DNA of 64,000 nt from Eggerthellaceae bacterium UBA3686 (GTDB taxonomy: Bacteria > Actinomycetota > Coriobacteriia > Coriobacteriales > Eggerthellaceae): assembly GCA_002371495.1 (NCBI GenBank), contig DFIX01000019.1:30207-94206 (forward strand), written 5' to 3'. Below the pieces are notes generated by a model. The model did no database searches. It was not told the origin of the DNA and saw only the letters and a program-made list of their open reading frames with translations. The position numbers were made by a program, and so were the translations under genes. Positions 26,417 to 35,951 of this stretch are shown in pieces (position 1 is the first letter of the stretch; each line of letters begins with the position of its first letter).

Positions 26417-26860
26417 TTACACGCGCTCGACGACGAGCTTGATCGATTTCTGGTCGACGACGCGCACCTGCGCGCCCGACGGTATGGCCGAGCCATCCGC
26501 AGAAAGCGCCGTCCAAGTAACGCGGTCGGGTGTCTCGACACGCCCGGTCATAGCTTCGGGGTCAATCGGCTCGACGACCACGGCGGTCGTGCCGATGAAC
26601 GTCTGCTCGTGCGACTCGCCATGTTTGCGGTACTTCAGCACGACGGGCCTCAGCAGCGCCAGGCTTGCGAGCGACACAACCAGAAACGCCACGAGCTGCA
26701 CGACCATCGAGCCGCCGAAGAAGCCGATGAAGAACGCGACGATGCCCCCGATGACGAACCAGACGGTTATCAGGCTCACCGACACCGCCTCGATGACTGC
26801 CGCGACGACGGCGACTATCAGCCAAATGTAAGGGCTTGCGAAAACCGAGCCGATGTCCAT
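26417..26860 (-). CDS. NfeD-family membrane protein
   Basis: Three hydrophobic segments, then an OB-like C-terminus (GTTAVVVEPIDPEAMTGRVETPDRVTWTALSADG...VRVVD). ATG 26860 is preceded by AAAGGAGG. Classic NfeD-SPFH pair. Confidence 0.8.
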   Translation of the reverse strand: MDIGSVFASPYIWLIVAVVAAVIEAVSVSLITVWFVIGGIVAFFIGFFGGSMVVQLVAFLVVSLASLALLRPVVLKYRKHGESHEQTFIGTTAVVVEPIDPEAMTGRVETPDRVTWTALSADGSAIPSGAQVRVVDQKSIKLVVERV

Positions 26861-27029
26861 GCGTCCTCCTTTCTTTCCCCACGAGTATAGCAAACCCCGC
26901 ACCTGCCCGCCTCATCGTCCTGCCCGATGTTGTGCGTTTGTAATTACGCTCGCACCAAGCTGTTTGCGTCCCGTCGCAGTTGCGCATGATATAGCCTCGA
27001 TGAATTGAGTCCCAACCGCCCAATCCCAC

Positions 27030-27072
27030 CGCGTTTCTGATGGTGGGGGCGCGCTCCGGCTTGGCTTCGCCT
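27030..27072 (+). repeat. truncated left half of the hairpin repeat
   Basis: GCGTTTCTGATGGTGGGGGCGCGCTCCGGCTTGGCTTCGCCT aligns with the left half of copy C5. Confidence 0.7.
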
Positions 27073-27174
27073 ACGGAGACGCGATGGGACGGATCGACAA
27101 GACGATGAACGGCAAACTCTAGGGTATGATACGGAACATAAAGTATCTGGGCAGCAAACGCGCGAGGTGACGTC

Positions 27175-27975
27175 ATGGGCGACAACGATCAGCAGCCGAA
27201 CCAAACGGCAGAGCGCATTACGTACACGACTCCTGCGGGCATCGAGGTCGAGGTGCCGATTTACCGCGCAGGCATGCCCGAGGTATTCGTGGCGCTACAG
27301 CCTCCTTCGGCGCAACCCTACATCATGGCTGCACGCGACATGCCCGTAAACGACATCATCCAGTTCTTCGGCCCGCGCGTTCACGTCGTCGAAGAACTGC
27401 GCACCGACATGCTCAAGCGCTATTCCAAAGGATCGTACGGCAAATGCCGCTACCAAACAGGCGACGTCGCCTACGTCATGGGACGTCCCTTCCAACTGCG
27501 CGTGTACCCGCTCGGCGAGCGCAAACTGAAGAGTTCGGCGCGCGGTCGCGCCACCGCCAAGTTCTCGCTTGCAGCCGATGTCAGCCTGATCACCCTCTAC
27601 GTCGTACACCCAAAAAACTACGACGAGGCGAAACTCGCCTTCAACGGCTATGCCGAACAGGTGCTGTTGCGCAACGCAACGGGCCTCGTGCGCGATTTCA
27701 GCGCCGTGGCCATGCCCGGGATCACTCCGCCTACCGTGCGGATGCGCGCGATGCGCGGACGCTGGTCAAGCAACGAAGCCGGGGCGCTCTGGCTCTCGAC
27801 CGACCTGATCCCATACCCACCCGACTGCCTCGTGTACACGATCATGTTGGAGCTGCGTAAGATCAAGACAATAAGCGACGAGGAGTTCCAAGCGTACTTC
27901 GAACGCGTGCTACCCGGATGGAAAGCAGCGGCGCAAATGCTTACCGAACGCGCCGAGCCCTACAGTCTGCAATAA
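27175..27975 (+). CDS. YgjP/DUF45-like protein with a degenerate metalloprotease motif
   Basis: VRMRAMRGRWSSN aligns with the family block IRxMKxRWGSC. DCLVYTIMLELRKIKTISDEEFQAYFERVLPGWK aligns with DYVxVHELxHLxxxNHSxxFWxxVxxxxPDYK. Both His of HExxH are absent. Confidence 0.65.
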   Translation: MGDNDQQPNQTAERITYTTPAGIEVEVPIYRAGMPEVFVALQPPSAQPYIMAARDMPVNDIIQFFGPRVHVVEELRTDMLKRYSKGSYGKCRYQTGDVAYVMGRPFQLRVYPLGERKLKSSARGRATAKFSLAADVSLITLYVVHPKNYDEAKLAFNGYAEQVLLRNATGLVRDFSAVAMPGITPPTVRMRAMRGRWSSNEAGALWLSTDLIPYPPDCLVYTIMLELRKIKTISDEEFQAYFERVLPGWKAAAQMLTERAEPYSLQ

Positions 27976-28012
27976 TAGCCCTAGACCCAGCACATGCCGA
28001 GAGGGAGAATCT

Positions 28013-28804
28013 ATGTCCAAGCATACGTTCACGTTCATGGGCTCGGGCGCCGGTTGCGGCGTGCCGGCCTTCTTCTGCGATTGCCCCGCTTGCAAGGAAG
28101 CACGCGAAAACCCGCGCGCTCGCCGCGGTGACTGCGGCGTCATGGTCAGCGGCACGACCCGCACGCTCATCGACACCCCGCCCGATATCCGCCAGTACTT
28201 CATTCGCGAGAACGTGAGTCATATCGATAATCTGATCTTCACGCATTGGCACTACGATCACGTAGGCGGCCTCGGCGAGCTTGAATACATGGTGCAACTG
28301 CTAACAAAGACGCAGCTTCCGACCTACGCGAGCCCCTATACGCTGGCAAGCATCGGCAAGGAATTCGAATACATGATGTATTGCCTGGCCACACAGGAAT
28401 GGAACCCGTTCGAAGAGCTCGAGCTGGACGGCGTGAAGTACACGGCCCTGCCCGTCACCCACGCCCCGGGAACGTACGGTTACCTGATCGAGACCGGCGA
28501 AACGAGCCTGTTCTACGCCTCCGACACCGGCAAGCTCCCGCCCGAGACGGCTGAACGCGTGCGCGGCGTCGACATCTTGGCCATGGACGCGACGTACTGG
28601 AAGGAAAACGGCTACCCGCAGTCACATCATTCGGTCCAGGAGACGATCGAGGAAGGGCTCGAACTCGACGCCGGCAAGATTTACTTGACGCATATGTGCA
28701 TGCACTACTCCGAGCCCATCACGCTCGCCGAGCTCGAAGACTACCTGGAGCAGTACGACGGCCGCGTCGAACCGGCCGCCGACGGCTTGTCGTTCGAAAT
28801 CTAG
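28013..28804 (+). CDS. MBL-fold metallo-hydrolase, PhnP-like
   Basis: N-terminal Cys cluster CGVPAFFCDCPAC and metallo-beta-lactamase motif THWHYDHVGG. Confidence 0.8.
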   Translation: MSKHTFTFMGSGAGCGVPAFFCDCPACKEARENPRARRGDCGVMVSGTTRTLIDTPPDIRQYFIRENVSHIDNLIFTHWHYDHVGGLGELEYMVQLLTKTQLPTYASPYTLASIGKEFEYMMYCLATQEWNPFEELELDGVKYTALPVTHAPGTYGYLIETGETSLFYASDTGKLPPETAERVRGVDILAMDATYWKENGYPQSHHSVQETIEEGLELDAGKIYLTHMCMHYSEPITLAELEDYLEQYDGRVEPAADGLSFEI

Positions 28805-28833
28805 GGCATTTCGAGCTGTTTAACCGTCCCACC

Positions 28834-28942
28834 GCGTTCCCGCAGGCGGGGCGCGCTCCGGCTTGGCTTCGGCTAAACCTATATGTATCGCAGGAACAGT
28901 GCCTGCAGAATCGCCGGAGTCACGCCCCGCCTGCGGAAACGC
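28834..28942 (+). repeat. hairpin repeat, full copy C5 (orientation A)
   Basis: Arms GCGTTCCCGCAGGCGGGG and CCCCGCCTGCGGAAACGC. Core: GCTTGGCTTCGGCTAAACCTATATGTATCGCAGGAACAGTGCCTGCAGAATCGC. Confidence 0.9.
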
Positions 28943-29042
28943 TTCGATGACTCGGGATGGCAATTCGAGTCGCTTTCCCCAAATTGGGACAACATAGCGA
29001 AAGCAATAAGCGACAGTCGAGTTGGCGCCCTGGGTTAACGAA

Positions 29043-29154
29043 GCGTTTCCGCTGGTGGGGGCGTGACTCCGGCGATTCTGCAGGCACAAACTTCCTAAAT
29101 ACGCTTAGGTTTAGCCGAAGCCAAGCCGGAGCGCGCCCCCACCAGCGGAAACGC
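29043..29154 (-). repeat. hairpin repeat, full copy C6 (orientation B)
   Basis: Arms GCGTTTCCGCTGGTGGGGG and CCCCCACCAGCGGAAACGC. Core present in reverse orientation. Confidence 0.9.
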
Positions 29155-29260
29155 GGTGGGACGGGCCGCGGACCAAAGCAAACGCCTAATTCGCAAAAGA
29201 AAGCGTCCCGCCTAGGATGGACGGGACGCTTGGCTTAGGGCCTACTTGGCGATTGCGGCG

Positions 29261-31333
29261 TTAGTTGCCTGCGGCACGTGCTGCTTGGTACTCGTCGACG
29301 AGCTTCTTCTGAACGTCGGCGGGCGCCTGCTCGTAGCCGTTGATCTCGATGGTGTAGGAACCCTGGCCGCGGGTCATCGAGCGCAGGTCGCGCGTGTAGT
29401 TGACGACCTCGGCATACGGAGCGCGCATGATGATGACGGTCTCGCCGGCATCTGCAGCGTCGGTACCGACGATGCGGCCACGACGGGTCGAGATGTCGCC
29501 CATGACGGCGCCTGCGAACTCGTCGGTAACGTTGACGCGCAAGTCGGCCATCGGCTCGAGGATGACCGGGTTGGCCTTCTCGCAGCAAGCACGGAAGCCG
29601 ATGCGCGCTGCGGTCTTGAACGCCATTTCGTTAGAGTCGACCGAGTGGTACGAGCCGTCGAAAACGGTGCACTTGATGTCGACCATCGGGTAGCCAGCCA
29701 AGAAGCCTTCGGCCATCGAATCCTGAACGCCCTTGTCGACAGCCGGGATCAGGCCGCCCGGGATGGCACCGCCCTTGATCTCGTCCACAAACTCGTAGCC
29801 CATACCCGGATTGGGCTCGAGGCGCAGCCAGCAGTCGCCGAACTGGCCGGAACCGCCGGTCTGCTTCTTGTGGCGACCCTGGGCCTCGGCCTTGTTGCGG
29901 ATGGTCTCGCGGTACGGGATGCGCACCGGGATGAGCTTGGCCTCGACATTGGAGGTGTCCTTCAGGCGGATGAGCAGCGTGTTGATCTGCTCGTCGCCCA
30001 TGGCGTTGATGATGGTCTGGTGCGTCTCCTCGTCGCGGCGGATCTGGATCGTGGGGTCGGTCTCGGCGGCCTTGGCCAGGAACGTGCCCAGCTTGTCCTC
30101 TTCCTTCTTGTTGACGGCCTCGATGGCGACCGGGTACTGGGGAATCGGGAACGGGATGGGGGCGATGGCAATGCTGCCGCTTGCCGAGAGCGTGTCGCTG
30201 GGGCGCGCGTCGTCGAGCTTCGGGATGATGATGATGTCGCCGGCCTTGGCGGATTTGACCTCGGTCGACTCCTTGCCCATCATGACGAGCAGCTTGCCGA
30301 TGCGGTCCTTGTCGCCGGTGCGGGAGTTGATGAGGTCCATGCCTGGCTCGAGGGTGCCGGTGAGCACCTTGATGTAGGACAGGCGGCCGACGAAGGCGTC
30401 GGACGTGGTCTTGAACACGAAACCGGCCGGCTCGCCGCCCTCGTCGATGTGGATCTTGTCCTCGCCGTTGGCCAGCACGTAGGCGGCGTGCTCGCGCGGA
30501 TGCGGGAAGAAGGTCGCGATGTCTTCCATGAGGCCCTGGATGCCCTGCTTGATGATGGTGGAGCCGGTGTACACGGGAACGAAAAGACCCTGGTTGATGG
30601 CATCGTGGATGCACTTCTCGACCTCTTCTTGGGTAATCTCTTCGCCCTCGAGGTACTTCATCATGACTTCTTCGTCGGCCTCGGCCACAGCGTCGATCAG
30701 GCGCTCGCGGGCGCTATCGGCGCGCTCTTGATACTCGGCCGGGATTTCCTCGACGCGCTCGACCATGCCGCCCTTGTCGAAGTAACGAGCCTTCATGTTG
30801 ACGACGTCGATGAGGCCCTCGAAATCTGCCTGCTGGCCGATCGGCAGCGTAACGGGCGACAGGCGCTTGCCGAAGCGCGCATGCAGCAGCGCCATAGCCG
30901 CGCCGAAGTCAGCGTTCTCGCGGTCGATGTGGTTGATGAAGACCGAGCGCGAGATGTTCATCTTCTCGGCTTCTTTCCACAGCTTCGTGGTCATGACCTG
31001 CGGACCGTCGACGGCGTCGACAACGAACATGGCCATCTCGGCGGCATACATCGTGGCGATGGTGTCGCCGATGAAGTCGGGGTGCCCCGACGTGTCGAGC
31101 AGGTTGATCTTGTAGTCCTTGTAGGGAATCGGTGCGATGGAAGTGCTGATGGTGAACTTGCGCCGGATCTCCTCGGCATCGTAGTCGAGGTAGGACTTGC
31201 CGTCGTGGGTCGTTCCCATGCGGGGCGTGCGACCGCTGACGTGCAGCATCGCCTCTGCGAGCGAAGTCTTGCCGGCGCCATCTTGGCCGACGAGCACGAT
31301 GTTGCGCACATGTTCAGGAATAGGTGCAGCCAT
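29261..31333 (-). CDS. elongation factor G family GTPase (EF-G paralogue, EF-G2-like)
   Basis: G1 motif VGQDGAGKTSL, DTSGHPDF, and NHIDRENADF (NKxD-like). Full five-domain length of 690 aa from ATG 31333 (track ORF to 31378). Confidence 0.85.
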   Translation of the reverse strand: MAAPIPEHVRNIVLVGQDGAGKTSLAEAMLHVSGRTPRMGTTHDGKSYLDYDAEEIRRKFTISTSIAPIPYKDYKINLLDTSGHPDFIGDTIATMYAAEMAMFVVDAVDGPQVMTTKLWKEAEKMNISRSVFINHIDRENADFGAAMALLHARFGKRLSPVTLPIGQQADFEGLIDVVNMKARYFDKGGMVERVEEIPAEYQERADSARERLIDAVAEADEEVMMKYLEGEEITQEEVEKCIHDAINQGLFVPVYTGSTIIKQGIQGLMEDIATFFPHPREHAAYVLANGEDKIHIDEGGEPAGFVFKTTSDAFVGRLSYIKVLTGTLEPGMDLINSRTGDKDRIGKLLVMMGKESTEVKSAKAGDIIIIPKLDDARPSDTLSASGSIAIAPIPFPIPQYPVAIEAVNKKEEDKLGTFLAKAAETDPTIQIRRDEETHQTIINAMGDEQINTLLIRLKDTSNVEAKLIPVRIPYRETIRNKAEAQGRHKKQTGGSGQFGDCWLRLEPNPGMGYEFVDEIKGGAIPGGLIPAVDKGVQDSMAEGFLAGYPMVDIKCTVFDGSYHSVDSNEMAFKTAARIGFRACCEKANPVILEPMADLRVNVTDEFAGAVMGDISTRRGRIVGTDAADAGETVIIMRAPYAEVVNYTRDLRSMTRGQGSYTIEINGYEQAPADVQKKLVDEYQAARAAGN

Positions 31334-31557
31334 AACTAACCACCATCTTTCATCCAAGGGCCATGCCCATTTACACACATGCAGTCAGTGTAGCGCAAAA
31401 CTACGACAAAAGACCCGTGATACCGACGATAAGGCTTATCGCCCATCGCCCAAATGCTTAGACGCTGATTGCCGATTGACTACCACTTTGGGCAAGCACC
31501 AATTCAGGCAGACCTAAATGCTCAAAAGATGGTTAACCCCTCTTTACGTATCGTCCC

Positions 31558-31664
31558 GCGAAAGGCCTGGTGGCACGCGCTCGCTTGGCTTCGCCTAACC
31601 TATATGGATTTACAGGAACAGTGGCTGCAGAATCTCTCACGCATGCCACCACCAGGCCTTTCGC
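31558..31664 (+). repeat. hairpin repeat, full copy C7 (orientation A)
   Basis: Arms GCGAAAGGCCTGGTGGCA and TGCCACCACCAGGCCTTTCGC. Core: CGCTTGGCTTCGCCTAACCTATATGGATTTACAGGAACAGTGGCTGCAGAATCTC. Confidence 0.9.
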
Positions 31665-31699
31665 TTGCAAGACAGATTGGCCAAGACGACCGTGACGGC

Positions 31700-31720
31700 A
31701 AAAGCGGTCAGACCCTTTTC
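31700..31720. terminator. short palindromic terminator (AAAAGCGGTCAGACCCTTTTC) just downstream of pepC
   Basis: GGTC-A-GACC core flanked by A and T runs, 11 nt from the pepC stop. Confidence 0.55.
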
Positions 31721-31730
31721 GCATCGCGCA

Positions 31731-33080
31731 TTATGCGAGCGCGCCCATGGGATCCCAGGGGTCGAGCACGATGGGCTCGAGAGTTTCGAACGCTTCGCGC
31801 TGCTCGGCCGTCAGATATTTCTTGTCGACGACGACTTGGTAGATGTACTCGTCGAACCAGGCATCGGTCAGCGAGTCAAAGCCGTCCTTGGCGCGGTCCT
31901 TGCCCCAGCTGTTCTCGACCTTCCAAAGAGTCGAGTTGCCGGCCGCATCGAAGTTGACGCCCTCGAGGACCATCGCGTGGGTCATCATGGACTCGCCGTA
32001 GTCGAGGCGAGCCGCTTTGTCGAAGCCGGCCATAATGTCGAACCCGAAAAGCCCATCGACGTCGAGAGCATCGAGGTCCATCATGCCGTCGGCGCTCACG
32101 AACGATTGGTCGACATCGCAGCCGAACCAGACCGGATAATCGTCCTTCAGCTGCGCGATCGCTGCCGCCTTCAGGTCCTTAGGCTCGAGGTTCAGGTACT
32201 TCACTCCCCCAGCCTCGATGACGTTGCCCAAGCGAGCAACCGTATAGGTGCGCTGGTACGGCTTGTCGGCCGTCGGTGCCGAGATGAGCGAAACGTAGTC
32301 GTCGATGTTCACGCCGACGGCCTCGTCGAAGAACTCCTGGGGCGTATAGGTACCAGACAGCACGAGCTTGTCGTCCTTGTCGCGCAGGCGCACGTCGAAG
32401 GTCGCGGGCGGCTGTCCCAGGCAGATGTTCAACAGTGTCTGCACATTGCCCATCATCTGCTTCTTCTGATCGCGCAGCTCGTCGATGCTTGCACCGTCGC
32501 CGTGGGCTGCGCGCATTTGGCGGGCGCACGAGCGCAGGTAGCGCGTCAGGTAAGCGTCCAGGTCGCCCGTGTTCGAGGAGCAGCTGGTCTCGGGCATGGC
32601 CTCCTTGGGCACGACGCCGTACTTCTTCACCAATGCGGCGAACATGTCCCATTGCCCACCATCACCTACCGGATCTGCCAGCAAAAACGCCATGAGGCGC
32701 CCGTCCAGGGGCTCGTCGAGCGTGTCGATAACGTTCTCGAGGAACCAGTTGGCTTTCTCGAGCTTGTCCCAGTACAGCGGGTATGCCTGCGAGAACTCGT
32801 AATTTGCCAGATTGAACTTTCGCATGGTGCGAATGCGGAAAGTATTCAGCGCCGCGAACATCCAACAGCGCCCCGAACGCTTCTGGTCGGTGCGCTCGCC
32901 CTGCTTCACCTCGATGTCGAACGTGCCCGTATTCAGCGCCACGGCCTCAGGCACGCGTGCCACGGCGCGCACTCCCTGCGCCGTAACGGCGTTCTTGGCT
33001 ATGAGCGACGCCCTGTCTGCGAGGAACTCCTCGTTCACCTGCGCGATATCGTCCCATGTGACCGAAACCATCTGATCCAT
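31731..33080 (-). CDS. pepC: aminopeptidase C (bleomycin-hydrolase-type C1 cysteine peptidase)
   Basis: Active-site block QKRSGRCWMFAALN. 449 aa from ATG 33080, with GGTGAGGAG upstream (track ORF to 33167). Confidence 0.85.
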   Translation of the reverse strand: MDQMVSVTWDDIAQVNEEFLADRASLIAKNAVTAQGVRAVARVPEAVALNTGTFDIEVKQGERTDQKRSGRCWMFAALNTFRIRTMRKFNLANYEFSQAYPLYWDKLEKANWFLENVIDTLDEPLDGRLMAFLLADPVGDGGQWDMFAALVKKYGVVPKEAMPETSCSSNTGDLDAYLTRYLRSCARQMRAAHGDGASIDELRDQKKQMMGNVQTLLNICLGQPPATFDVRLRDKDDKLVLSGTYTPQEFFDEAVGVNIDDYVSLISAPTADKPYQRTYTVARLGNVIEAGGVKYLNLEPKDLKAAAIAQLKDDYPVWFGCDVDQSFVSADGMMDLDALDVDGLFGFDIMAGFDKAARLDYGESMMTHAMVLEGVNFDAAGNSTLWKVENSWGKDRAKDGFDSLTDAWFDEYIYQVVVDKKYLTAEQREAFETLEPIVLDPWDPMGALA

Positions 33081-33134
33081 GCGTAACTCCTCACCTAAAC
33101 TGCACCACGTTTTAACCCCGTCATTGTAAGCCAG

Positions 33135-33172
33135 AAAATGTGAAAAGGGGTCTGACCCTTTTTTCACATTTT
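33135..33172. terminator. 38-bp near-perfect palindrome / bidirectional terminator
   Basis: AAAATGTGAAAAGGGGTC-T-GACCCTTTTTTCACATTTT, between the amidohydrolase stop (33235) and the pepC start. Confidence 0.65.
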
Positions 33173-33234
33173 GTTAAAGGAAAGGACCCGCAAGCAGGTC
33201 CTTTCACGATTGCTCTTGGAAATGCGTCCGCCCG

Positions 33235-34545
33235 TTATGCGCCCTGCTCGGCGAGCTCGGACTGAATACGGACGGTGCGCGCGGCCACTTCTGCCTTCAC
33301 GCGGTCGATGTCGATCGTGGGCCAAGCGCCGTCGCGGTAGACCACGCGGCCATCGCACATGGTCAGCACGACATCGGAGCCGTGGCCTGCGTACACGACG
33401 TTGGTCAGCATGTCGTTGACGGGACACCACGACGGCCCCGACACGTCGAGCACGGCGAGGTCTGCCCTAAAGCCCTCTTTCAGAAGGCCGCAATCTTCGC
33501 GCCCCTGGGCGATGGCACCGGCTCGCGTGGCGGCGTTGAATGCCTGCTTGGGTGTGACTGCGGTAGGATCCAGGTCGTGGCCCTTGGGAAGCATTGCCGT
33601 GAGGTACATGTCTTGGAACATATCGTGGTTGTTGTTGGAGGCCATGCCGTCGGTACCGAGCGCAACGTTCACGCCGGCCTCGAGCAGCTTTGCAATTGGC
33701 GCGAAACCGCTCGCGAGCTTCATGTTCGACGCCGGGTTGTGCGCGACCGTCACGCCCTTCTTCGCCATGAGCGCGATGTCGTCGTCATCGACCCACACGC
33801 AGTGGGCAGCCACGAAGGGCACCTCGAACGCCCCAAGCGAATCGAGCCACTGGACAGGCGACTTGCCGTCGTGGCGGTTGCGGCAGTCCTCGACTTCGGA
33901 CTTGGTCTCGGACACGTGAACGTGCAGCCGCGTATTGTGCTCGCGCGCCCAATCGAAGACGCTCTTGGCCGTGACGTCGTTGTTCGTGTATTCGGCATGA
34001 ATGCAGCCTTCGAACTTGATGCGGCCTTCGCCCATGCCGTCGATGTTTGCGATACCGTCTTCCATTTCAGCGAATACGGGGTATTCCTGTATGGGCTTGG
34101 GCTCGAACGCCAAAGGCGAGGTGCACAGGTTGGCCTTCATGCCCGCATCGTCGACCGCGCGGGCACGGTCGGGGCTGAAATAGTACATGTCCGAGAAGCT
34201 CACGCAGCCGTAGCGCGCCATCTCGGCGCACGAGAGCAGCGTTGCCCAGTAATTGTCGTCGCCGTTCATCTTGCCTTCGAACGGCCAGCACTTCTGCTCG
34301 AGCCACGCCTGCAGCGGCAGGTTCTCGGCGTATCCGCGCAAAAGCGTCATAGGTGCATGGCTGTGGGCGTTGTACAGGGCTGGAATCAGGAGCTTTTCCT
34401 TGCCTTCGTACACCTCGCCGTACTCATCGGCGTCGGCAGGCTCGGATTCGCCTACATAAGAGATGGTATCGTCCTTGGTGCCTACCCAGCAGTTCTGACG
34501 GTAATCGAAGTTCTCGTCGATTATGCCAATGTTCTTGAACAGCAT
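33235..34545 (-). CDS. amidohydrolase-superfamily deaminase (MTA/SAH deaminase-like, MtaD/chlorohydrolase group)
   Basis: LLIPALYNAHSHAPMTLLRGY (HxH metal motif) and ...HVHVSET...; 436 aa. Confidence 0.75.
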   Translation of the reverse strand: MLFKNIGIIDENFDYRQNCWVGTKDDTISYVGESEPADADEYGEVYEGKEKLLIPALYNAHSHAPMTLLRGYAENLPLQAWLEQKCWPFEGKMNGDDNYWATLLSCAEMARYGCVSFSDMYYFSPDRARAVDDAGMKANLCTSPLAFEPKPIQEYPVFAEMEDGIANIDGMGEGRIKFEGCIHAEYTNNDVTAKSVFDWAREHNTRLHVHVSETKSEVEDCRNRHDGKSPVQWLDSLGAFEVPFVAAHCVWVDDDDIALMAKKGVTVAHNPASNMKLASGFAPIAKLLEAGVNVALGTDGMASNNNHDMFQDMYLTAMLPKGHDLDPTAVTPKQAFNAATRAGAIAQGREDCGLLKEGFRADLAVLDVSGPSWCPVNDMLTNVVYAGHGSDVVLTMCDGRVVYRDGAWPTIDIDRVKAEVAARTVRIQSELAEQGA

Positions 34546-34709
34546 TCAGATCGCTCCTTCTTTTCGGGATTGACTCAAACGGATTATAAGACAGAGTCAT
34601 ACATGTTTCATCGAGAATGCGGCGCGAGCATGCAGGCGCTGCAACTGATACCGGCGTTGCTGTGCTATGATGCGCAACGGTCAAAACATCCAAGAGGGAG
34701 GTATTTGAA

Positions 34710-35564
34710 ATGGCTGAACAACTAGACTGCGGAGGCGCCTGCAGTGGCTGCAGCGTCGAGGGCTGCGGTTCGCGTACCGAACCGCCCAAACCGACCGCGC
34801 GCACGAACGTCAAGCACATCGTAGGCGTCGTGTCGGGCAAGGGCGGCGTGGGCAAATCGCTCGTAACGAGCCTGCTCGCCGCCGAGCTCAACCGCAAGGG
34901 TTACAAGGTCGGCATCCTCGACGCCGACGTCACGGGTCCGTCGATCCCGAGGACCTTCGGTGTCAGGGGCCACGTGACTGCCGACGCCGACGGCATCAAC
35001 CCGGCGCTGACCGACAGCGGCATCAAGGTGATGTCGGTCAACCTCATGCTTCCGCAGGAAGACATGCCCGTTGCTTGGCGCGGACCGGTCATCACCGGCA
35101 TCCTGAACCAATTCCGCGACGAAACCAATTGGGAAGACGTCGACTACCTGCTGCTCGACATGCCTCCGGGAACCTCCGACGTGTTCCTGACGGTCATGCA
35201 GCAGTTCCCGCTGGACGGCATCATCACGGTATCGGCTCCGCAGGAACTCGTGGCCATGATCGTCGGCAAGGCCGTCAACCTCGCGCACAGCATGGACGTG
35301 TCGGTCCTGGGCCTGGTCGAGAACATGGCCTACTTCAAGTGCGACGAGTGCGGCAAGGAGCATTGGATCTTCGGCGAGCCGCAGGGCAAGGCCGTTGCCA
35401 AGCGCTACCAGATCCCGTCGTTCGCCACGCTGCCGATCGACCCGAAGTTCGCGCTGCTCTGCGACGAGGGCAAGGTCGAAGACTACGACATAGCCGGCGC
35501 CCTCGACCCGATCATCGCACAGATCGAGGCCGTCGCCGCCCGCAAGGACGCCGCCGCCGAATAG
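34710..35564 (+). CDS. mrp: Mrp/NBP35/ApbC-family iron-sulfur cluster carrier ATPase
   Basis: Deviant Walker A VVSGKGGVGKS. N-terminal Cys-rich CGGACSGCSVEGCG. Also FKCDECGKEHWIFG. Confidence 0.85.
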   Translation: MAEQLDCGGACSGCSVEGCGSRTEPPKPTARTNVKHIVGVVSGKGGVGKSLVTSLLAAELNRKGYKVGILDADVTGPSIPRTFGVRGHVTADADGINPALTDSGIKVMSVNLMLPQEDMPVAWRGPVITGILNQFRDETNWEDVDYLLLDMPPGTSDVFLTVMQQFPLDGIITVSAPQELVAMIVGKAVNLAHSMDVSVLGLVENMAYFKCDECGKEHWIFGEPQGKAVAKRYQIPSFATLPIDPKFALLCDEGKVEDYDIAGALDPIIAQIEAVAARKDAAAE

Positions 35565-35771
35565 CCACCGCGCGCAAACGTGCATGCGAAAGGACCCGTA
35601 CGCGGGTCCTTTCCTTTTGGGGCCACGCTCCCCGCCCGCCAACCCGCCAAGTCTGCGCATGTGCAGAATAACCAAGTCGGTAAATGAAGGGAGTCTCCCC
35701 AATTCACGTACCGCCCCGCGAAGGGCCTGGTGACGGCAACAAGGGAGAGTCGCGTATTTGCTGAAGACGAA

Positions 35772-35951
35772 GCGAAAGCGCAGGTGGGGGCGTGACATCG
35801 GCGATTCTGCAGGGCCGAGCGCCCGGAAAACGAGCCGGTGGCTCGTTTTCAGCGAGGCCGGGCAAGCTTTAGCTTGCCCCCGTACATATTTAAGGAGCCG
35901 TCAAGGTTGATGCGAAGCCAAGCCGATACGCGCCCCCACCTGCGCTTTCGC
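35772..35951 (-). repeat. long (180-nt) variant of the hairpin repeat, copy C9
   Basis: Arms GCGAAAGCGCAGGTGGGGG and CCCCCACCTGCGCTTTCGC. The apical segment is replaced by about 100 nt carrying two hairpins (AAAACGAGCC-GGT-GGCTCGTTTT and GGGCAAGCT-TT-AGCTTGCCC). Confidence 0.9.
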
